A stretch of DNA of 64,000 bases, taken from Chlorobiota bacterium (GTDB lineage Bacteria; Bacteroidota; Ignavibacteria; Kapaibacteriales; NICIL-2). Made by a program: the position numbers and the translations under genes. The number at the start of each line of letters is the position of its first letter. Position 1 is the stretch's first letter. Shown here one piece after another: positions 58,488 to 64,000 of the stretch. The notes below the pieces were generated by a model, which was not told where the DNA came from, ran no database searches, and was given only the letters and a program-made list of their open reading frames with translations. The stretch is from contig JBGAVD010000002.1 in the NCBI GenBank assembly GCA_044228285.1, positions 225,653 to 289,652 on the forward strand. The letters run 5' to 3'.

Positions 58488-58559
58488 TGATCTCGGGGGG
58501 ACTTGAACCCACGACCCTCTGATTAAAAGTCAGATGCTCTACCACTGAGCTACGAGATC
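58488..58559 (-). tRNA. tRNA-Lys (anticodon UUU)
   Basis: Manual fold of the minus strand: acceptor GATCTCG/CGAGATC (7 bp); U8-A9; D-arm GCTC-AGTGGTAGA-GAGC; anticodon arm TCTGA-CTTTTAA-TCAGA (anticodon TTT); variable loop 5 nt; T-arm GTGGG-TTCAAGT-CCCCC; discriminator A; CCA not encoded. Confidence 0.9.
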
Positions 58560-58694
58560 TACCATTGGTGCGGGCTTTTTGAGGGCTGCGCGCCATAGGA
58601 CAGCAAAAATAGGGGAATTGGGTGGACTGGCCAAGCTTTGTGGAAAGATAGAGCTGCACGAGCCTGGCTCGTCTCTGTTATGTGAGCGTGAACT

Positions 58695-59087
58695 CTAGCT
58701 TTTTAGGCTGTTTATGTTTGGAAAGAGGCTTCGGAGCTTCGACTCTGTGCGCATGAGGAGGGCGATGGCGCAAGCCAGCGCGGAGACAAGAAGGTAGGCA
58801 ACGGGGAAGACTTCTGTTGCTACTGTCCAGCCTACTGCTAAGCCTATGACTATCTGTATCAAGCCTAGACGTATGCTCTCTTGAGCTCCAATCTGTTGGG
58901 CTGCGTCCCAAGTTTCTTGACTCTTCATGGAAGTCGAGGTACGATAGCCATACAGGGCATTCGGCTTCTTTGCCGGGAACTTCTTGAGAAGTAATCCGCT
59001 AAACAAAAAGGCGATGCCTGGCAAGATGGTGATGAAACGGAGAATGTACTCGCCGCTCATGTCGACGTCGGGTAGGGGACTACTCAT
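58695..59087 (-). CDS. Small integral membrane protein (SdpI/YhfL-like family, tentative)
   Basis: 130 aa with 3-4 predicted TM helices; 4-nt overlap with the dxs stop; the family assignment is weak. Confidence 0.4.
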   Translation of the reverse strand: MSSPLPDVDMSGEYILRFITILPGIAFLFSGLLLKKFPAKKPNALYGYRTSTSMKSQETWDAAQQIGAQESIRLGLIQIVIGLAVGWTVATEVFPVAYLLVSALACAIALLMRTESKLRSLFPNINSLKS

Positions 59088-60991
59088 ATCGCAAATTCCT
59101 CTTCCATCATGAACTCACGAACGGTTTGTGCTATTCCCTTGGCGTCGAGTTTCAAATCGCGCCACAACTCTTCTTGTGTGCCGTGATCAACGAAGATGTC
59201 AGCAATGCCGTGCAGCTTTGTTTTTGGTACTCGCTCACAATGCTCAACCATGTACTCAGCAACAGCGGAACCGTAACCGCCATGGATTTGCCCGTCTTCG
59301 ATGGTAATGACACGCTCAAAGCGTTGAGCTATGTCGCACAGAAGTTCTCCATCGAGTGGCTTTACAAAGCGTGCGTTGATGACTTCTGCTTCGATGCCTT
59401 CTGCTGCAAGCAGCTCTGCTGCTTGCATGGAATGACTGACCATGTTGCCTATTGCTAGAATGGCGATGTCGCGACCTTCGCGGAGGATTTCGGATTTGCC
59501 GAGTGGTAGACTCTTCATCGGACCCATTTTGACACCAACTCCGGATCCGCGGGGATAGCGTATGCCAACTGGGCCTGCGGTGTAATCGTTGATAGCGGAG
59601 TAGAGCATGTCGCGCAACTCTTGCTCGTCTTTTGGTGCCATGACCACCATACCTTGAATGATGCGTAGATAGCCGATGTCGAGCACGCCGTGGTGCGTCG
59701 GACCATCTGCACCAACGACTCCCGAGCGGTCCATTGCAAATACAACGTGTAGATGCTGCGTTGCACAATCATGCACAACCATGTCGAAGGCGCGCTGTAA
59801 GAATGAGGAGTATATAGCACAAACAGGAACGATACCTTGGGTTGCCATTCCTGCTGCGAAGGTGACGGCATGTCCTTCAGCTATACCTACGTCAAACACT
59901 CTCTCAGGAAACTTCTTCTGTACGATGTCAATACCAGTACCGTCAGGCATGGCAGCTGTGATGCCGATCACATTCTTTTTCGCTTCCATGCACTCTACTA
60001 ATGCCTCGCCAAAAACCTTCTGGTAGCTTGGGGGAGGTGGTGCTGGAGGAGGTGAAGACAAAGACTTGCCGGTGATCTTGTCGATCTTTCCAATGGCATG
60101 CAAAAACTGCTTGTCGTTCTCTGCGTGCACATAGCCTTTGCCTTTTTGCGTCATGACGTGAAGGAGAATTGGACCCTTCACATCTTTGATCTGCTTCATG
60201 ATGCGCACGAGCTGTCGAACGTTGTGTCCATTGATTGGCCCAAAGTACTTGAAGCCCAATGATTCAAACAACATTCCAGGAGTGATTACCGCCTTAAAGC
60301 CATCTTCGATTTTTCCGACAGCAAAGCGGATACGATCGCCAATACCCGACATCCTGCCTGTAGCCTCTTTGAACTCTCGTCGGAGTTTTAATGCTGTTGG
60401 CTTGGTAAATACTTCAGTAAAGTAGTTAGAGATAGCCCAGACATTTGGTGCGATCGACATATTGTTGTCGTTTAACACAACCATCATGTCGCGCTTCTGT
60501 ATACCACAATTGTTCATTGCCTCGTAGGCTAAGCCACCGGTCATGGCGCCATCACCAATGACCGCTACGACTTTGTAGTCTTCATTATTGAGATCGCGTG
60601 CCGTAGCAATTCCGAGCGCCGCAGAAATACTTGTGGTTGCGTGGCCAGCGCCAAATACATCATAAGCACTTTCACCGCGTTTGAGAAATCCGCTCAGGCC
60701 GCCGTATTGACGGATAGTGTTGAGCTGATCACGACGCCCAGTGAGAATCTTGTGCGGATATCCCTGGTGCCCAGTGTCGATGACGATTTTGTCTTGGGGT
60801 GTCTTGAATACATAGTGCAACGCAACACTCAACTCCACCATACCCAAACCTGCACCAAAGTGTCCGCCGATCTTGGTGATGGTATCCACCATATACTCTC
60901 GCACCTCCGTAGAAACCTGAGGCAAAGCAGATTCTGGCAATGCGCGTAAATCGGCGCTTGAGTTGATGTCGAGCAAATACTGGTAATCCAA
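59084..60991 (-). CDS. dxs: 1-deoxy-D-xylulose-5-phosphate synthase
   Basis: 635 aa; DXS N-terminus (...GGHFGAGLGMVELSVALHYVF...DTGHQGYPHKILTGRR); thiamine-pyrophosphate-binding GDGAMTGG; transketolase-like C-terminal domains. Confidence 0.95.
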   Translation of the reverse strand: MDYQYLLDINSSADLRALPESALPQVSTEVREYMVDTITKIGGHFGAGLGMVELSVALHYVFKTPQDKIVIDTGHQGYPHKILTGRRDQLNTIRQYGGLSGFLKRGESAYDVFGAGHATTSISAALGIATARDLNNEDYKVVAVIGDGAMTGGLAYEAMNNCGIQKRDMMVVLNDNNMSIAPNVWAISNYFTEVFTKPTALKLRREFKEATGRMSGIGDRIRFAVGKIEDGFKAVITPGMLFESLGFKYFGPINGHNVRQLVRIMKQIKDVKGPILLHVMTQKGKGYVHAENDKQFLHAIGKIDKITGKSLSSPPPAPPPPSYQKVFGEALVECMEAKKNVIGITAAMPDGTGIDIVQKKFPERVFDVGIAEGHAVTFAAGMATQGIVPVCAIYSSFLQRAFDMVVHDCATQHLHVVFAMDRSGVVGADGPTHHGVLDIGYLRIIQGMVVMAPKDEQELRDMLYSAINDYTAGPVGIRYPRGSGVGVKMGPMKSLPLGKSEILREGRDIAILAIGNMVSHSMQAAELLAAEGIEAEVINARFVKPLDGELLCDIAQRFERVITIEDGQIHGGYGSAVAEYMVEHCERVPKTKLHGIADIFVDHGTQEELWRDLKLDAKGIAQTVREFMMEEEFAI

Positions 60992-61256
60992 AGCGTGCCT
61001 GCGATATCGTTTATACGGGTGTGGGATGATTCCGTCTACAAAAATAGCTGTCCCCTGGACGTTGAAGCAGTGAAAAGTAGTGTGTGCATGCTCGGTATTT
61101 GTAAATATTTATGAATTCTTGGTCTTTTTTGAGGGAAAAGTGGGTTAGTGTAGGTGTAATGAGGGGGATGGACGTGGAATGCTCTGGGTGGGGATTGGGT
61201 TTTACTGGGTGTTTTCTGTTGCGTGGGTTACTATTCTCGTCTCAGGTAGAGAATGT

Positions 61257-61520
61257 GCAAAGCTCAGCGGCTCATCTTCCTCTGCATCTCTGCGTGAACA
61301 ACTTGTGCCGACTCACGCAGAGCCGCAGAGTCGTGCTGTTCTAACGAGCCGCGGAGCAAATGCAAAGCTCAGCGGCTCATCTTCCTCTGCGTCTCTGCGT
61401 GAACAACACGCGCCTACTCACGCAGAGCCGCGGAGCAACGGCAAAGCTCAGCGGCTCATCTTCCTCTGCGTCTCTGCGTGAACAACTCGTATTTCTCAAG
61501 CAGAGCCGCAGAGCAATTGC
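61257..61520. repeat. Tandem array of three ~79-105-bp direct repeats; each unit carries a 10-bp-stem hairpin (ctctgcgtga/tcacgcagag) whose 10-nt loop core is variable
   Basis: Units start at 61257, 61362 and 61441. Each has the conserved block gcaaagctcagcggctcatcttcctctgcRtctctgcgtgaacaac, then a variable 10 nt (TTGTGCCGAC / ACGCGCCTAC / TCGTATTTC), then tcaMgcagagccgcRgag. The end of each unit pairs with the start of the next (gagccgc/gcggctc, gagc/gctc) to form a second hairpin. Confidence 0.8.
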
Positions 61521-61541
61521 TAAGCTCAACAGCCCACACTC

Positions 61542-62753
61542 TCACTTCACAAACTGAACAGTCCGCGACACATTGCAGCCATTACCAAGAATGTGTAACA
61601 CATAGGTTCCGCTGCGCAGACCATTGAGGGGCAGCCTGACGTCGTTCCCACCACTGCGGTATGGCATGTGAGGTGTTGCCAGGACAGAGCGTCCGCGTAG
61701 ATCGAAGAGCTGGAGTGTGAGTTCAATGTCTTGCTCACAGTGAAAGGTTGCAATGAGGGAGCGCTCTTGAGTGTTTACGAATAGTGAATCGATTCGGACC
61801 GTTGCTGTTCGTGCCACTTCGTTGTCGACTGAGGATGTGAGACGCGAATAGTAATAGAGCTGAGCAGGAGTTTTGGTCGGTGACATCTCAGACACGGTAT
61901 AGTAACCACTTCCCGTGAGATCGAAACAGATAGCCTCGCCTTGTGGCTCCATCTCATAGGCTTGTAGTTGAGGCTCTGCCTTGAGTGCTGCGCTGATTGT
62001 TTGTCCAGTGTTGCGCTTGAAGTAATACACACTCGAATAGTCTTTGATGAGAATCTCTGTACCATCTGTGGAGATATCGCCACCAACTATGAAGGTATAC
62101 GGTAGCACTGCAACTAACTGAATGGTTGCTAAGCCTGTGGTAGCCTGTGGGTAGGGTAGCTGGTACACGTGTATAGAATCTTCGCGCTTTGAGATGATGT
62201 AGAGGTCTTTGGTTTGTGGATCGAACATCAGACACTCTGCGTCGCGCACTCCGTCTGGGTATTCAAAGCTGATTGTCTGGATATCACTGATGGTGTCGAC
62301 CACAGCGCTTGAGCCCGACTTGACTTGTGGCTCAGCAAATCGATAAATCATCTTCGTTGGATATTGGGCGTTGTTATCACCAATCTCACCAACAAAGAGG
62401 TAGGACTTGCCATCAATCATTCCTGAACAGATGTCTTCCCAGTCTCTGTTTTCAATACCTTTCAGATAGTAGGTCGCTACAGCGTGCGCTGCTGAGTCAA
62501 CCGCAAAGACACGTCCTTTATCACCTGAATCGTTGTGTATCCAGAACAGATCAGAACGAATATGTGAACAGGCAATACCTGAGGCTTCATCGATCTCTGC
62601 GTTGTCGACCACACCGCGATCCACCCTGCCGGCAAAGGGCTGTGCGGCAAGCGAAGCTTGCGCACCATGAAGAAGAATCACTAGAGCGATACTCAGTATG
62701 AGACCTGAGAGAGTGCGATGTGTAGTCATTGTTCGTGCTTCGTGCATATGCAA
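61542..62753 (-). CDS. Secreted beta-propeller-like protein of unknown function with T9SS C-terminal sorting domain
   Basis: Signal peptide (LILSIALVILLHGAQASLAAQ); the C-terminus ...TLQLFDLRGRSVLATPHMPYRSGGNDVRLPLNGLRSGTYVLHILGNGCNVSRTVQFVK is a T9SS C-terminal domain. Confidence 0.55.
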   Translation of the reverse strand: MHMHEARTMTTHRTLSGLILSIALVILLHGAQASLAAQPFAGRVDRGVVDNAEIDEASGIACSHIRSDLFWIHNDSGDKGRVFAVDSAAHAVATYYLKGIENRDWEDICSGMIDGKSYLFVGEIGDNNAQYPTKMIYRFAEPQVKSGSSAVVDTISDIQTISFEYPDGVRDAECLMFDPQTKDLYIISKREDSIHVYQLPYPQATTGLATIQLVAVLPYTFIVGGDISTDGTEILIKDYSSVYYFKRNTGQTISAALKAEPQLQAYEMEPQGEAICFDLTGSGYYTVSEMSPTKTPAQLYYYSRLTSSVDNEVARTATVRIDSLFVNTQERSLIATFHCEQDIELTLQLFDLRGRSVLATPHMPYRSGGNDVRLPLNGLRSGTYVLHILGNGCNVSRTVQFVK

Positions 62754-62830
62754 TCAAGAAAGGGAATGAGTAAACTAGAGTCTAAGTGTTTCGTGCGACT
62801 ATACTCTCCGCTCTAAAGAAACCTAAGAGT

Positions 62831-63391
62831 TTAGGCGTCCTCTTTTTGCCAAGCCACATCTGCTATACCGACAAGATGATTTGCCATGCGAGATGCAATG
62901 AAGAGGTAGTCGCTACAGCGATTAAGAAAGATTATTACTTCGGTACCGATGTCTTCACGAGCTGCTAGGCTGACGCAACAACGCTCCGCACGACGACACA
63001 CCGTGCGTGCCAGATGCAGGAATGATGCTGCCTGTGAGCCTCCAGGAAGGATGAAGTTCTTCAAGCTTGGCAGCTCAGCATCATACTCATCAATGAGTTG
63101 TTCCAACCATACCGAGTGTTTGGGTTCTATGCGTGGAATCGCGAAGCTTGGTGGTGGATCGAGTGGTGTTGCGAGATCGCTGCCCAAACTTAAAAGTAGG
63201 GAGCTGAGCGCCTGAATGGATGGGCTTAGCCTTGGCGGACAATCGTGACTGAGAACGAGTCCCAGAACAGCGTTGAGCTCATCAACGGTGCCATACGCTT
63301 CGATGCGAAGATCGTCTTTGGCAACACGTGTGCCTCCGAAGAGACCAGTTGTGCCTTTGTCGCCTGTTTTTGTGTAGAGTGCTAGTGCCAT
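62831..63391 (-). CDS. PduO-type ATP:cob(I)alamin adenosyltransferase
   Basis: N-terminal signature YTKTGDKGTTGLFGGTRVAKDDLRIEAYGTVDELN; 186 aa. Confidence 0.85.
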   Translation of the reverse strand: MALALYTKTGDKGTTGLFGGTRVAKDDLRIEAYGTVDELNAVLGLVLSHDCPPRLSPSIQALSSLLLSLGSDLATPLDPPPSFAIPRIEPKHSVWLEQLIDEYDAELPSLKNFILPGGSQAASFLHLARTVCRRAERCCVSLAAREDIGTEVIIFLNRCSDYLFIASRMANHLVGIADVAWQKEDA

Positions 63392-63468
63392 GGGATGAAA
63401 GCTAAGTTTATCTGTAATGTACTCGACTGAAAGACGTGCGCGAGTGCGAACAGTAGTTGTATACCGTG

Positions 63469-64000
63469 CTACTTGAGAATGAAGCGGTCAATGAATTCGC
63501 GCACCACATGATCTTTGCTTTCGCGCAATTCTTTGGCTGAACCGTCGAACTGCACTGTTCCTTGGTGGAGCATAGCAACGTGGTGAGCAATGTGAAAGAC
63601 CGAAAACATGTCGTGCGTAATGACCAATGACGTAACCTTTAACTTCTCTTGAAGTTCACGAATCAAGATGTCGATTTGTTCTGAGGTAACAGGGTCTAAG
63701 CCAGTGGTTGGTTCATCGTAGAAAATATACTCCGGACTCCCAACCAGCGCACGAGCAACGCCTACACGCTTTTTCATACCACCAGACAGGTCGCTTGGCT
63801 TCTTGTCTTTGAGAATTGCATACTCTCTCTCAAACGCCATACTACCACTTTCTTTGATGTCGGGAATGAGTCCAACAGCAGACAACACTCGTCTGGCTTC
63901 AGCATCCAACACCTCATCATTGCGTTCCCCGTGCTCGTACAAGCTAATGACAACGTTCTCCCACACCGTGAGTGAGTCAAAGAGTGCTGCGCCTTGGAAC
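63469..64000 (-). CDS. ABC transporter ATP-binding protein (3' portion; 5' end beyond window)
   Basis: ABC signature LSGGMKKRV, Walker B IFYDEPTTGLD and H-loop ITHDM; the frame continues open to the window edge. Confidence 0.85.
   Translation of the reverse strand, partial: FQGAALFDSLTVWENVVISLYEHGERNDEVLDAEARRVLSAVGLIPDIKESGSMAFEREYAILKDKKPSDLSGGMKKRVGVARALVGSPEYIFYDEPTTGLDPVTSEQIDILIRELQEKLKVTSLVITHDMFSVFHIAHHVAMLHQGTVQFDGSAKELRESKDHVVREFIDRFILK

Noticed and set aside
61257-61520. Tandem repeats considered as a possible CRISPR array
   Set aside because: The units are 79-105 bp with internal hairpins. The variable part is only ~10 nt inside a loop, there are no regularly sized spacers and no cas genes nearby, so this is not a CRISPR array.
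61179-61557. ORFs translating the tandem repeat (repeated ...KLSGSSSSASLREQ... peptides)
   Set aside because: The periodic peptide merely reflects translation of the DNA repeat. It has no start context or family, and the repeat has hairpin structure typical of non-coding elements.
1-64000. Searched for integrase, transposase, phage structural genes, toxin-antitoxin pairs, rRNA and additional tRNAs
   Set aside because: None was recognisable from the ORF translations. The single tRNA-Lys is the only RNA gene I could support.

Overview
Call confidence is high for the recognisable families and low for the hypothetical and unusual ones. The window reads as chromosomal DNA from a bacterium of the Bacteroidota/Chlorobi/Ignavibacteria type. 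At least eight proteins end in the C-terminal sorting domain of the type IX secretion system (T9SS), and many genes carry AGGAG-like ribosome-binding sites with short spacers. Housekeeping and envelope content: a giant HYR-repeat adhesin running off the 5' edge, polysaccharide deacetylase, YpfJ-type Zn-peptidase, lipocalin Blc, OmpA/PD40 protein, di-haem cytochrome c peroxidase with a coupled small cytochrome c, a heme-uptake-like locus (HmuY-like, TonB-dependent receptor, HmuY-like, CbiK-type chelatase, PepSY membrane protein), PHB-depolymerase-like esterase, SGNH hydrolase, a BNR-repeat propeller, tRNA-Lys(UUU) with its terminator, dxs, a PduO-type cobalamin adenosyltransferase and a partial ABC ATPase. 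The most interesting part is an AT-rich, probably horizontally acquired defence island at about 41.7-53.9 kb. It holds an 873-aa STAND P-loop NTPase with an uncharacterised roughly 330-aa N-terminal domain carrying a HEPN-like R-x5-H motif, with a 286-aa unknown gene upstream. Next comes a complete type I restriction-modification operon in R-S-M order with overlapping R and S genes, then a stand-alone SIR2_2-family (ThsA/DSR-type) sirtuin-like protein. A 16-bp perfect inverted repeat pair, possibly a MITE-like element, sits between the methylase and SIR2 genes. Other oddities: two T9SS cargo genes whose C-terminal sorting domains are cut off (one by a frameshift, one by an in-frame TAG); a three-unit tandem array of hairpin-forming repeats with conserved stems and variable loops upstream of dxs; and a membrane-anchored caspase-like (clan CD) protease with two tandem C-terminal repeat domains, inside a cluster of unknown secreted proteins.
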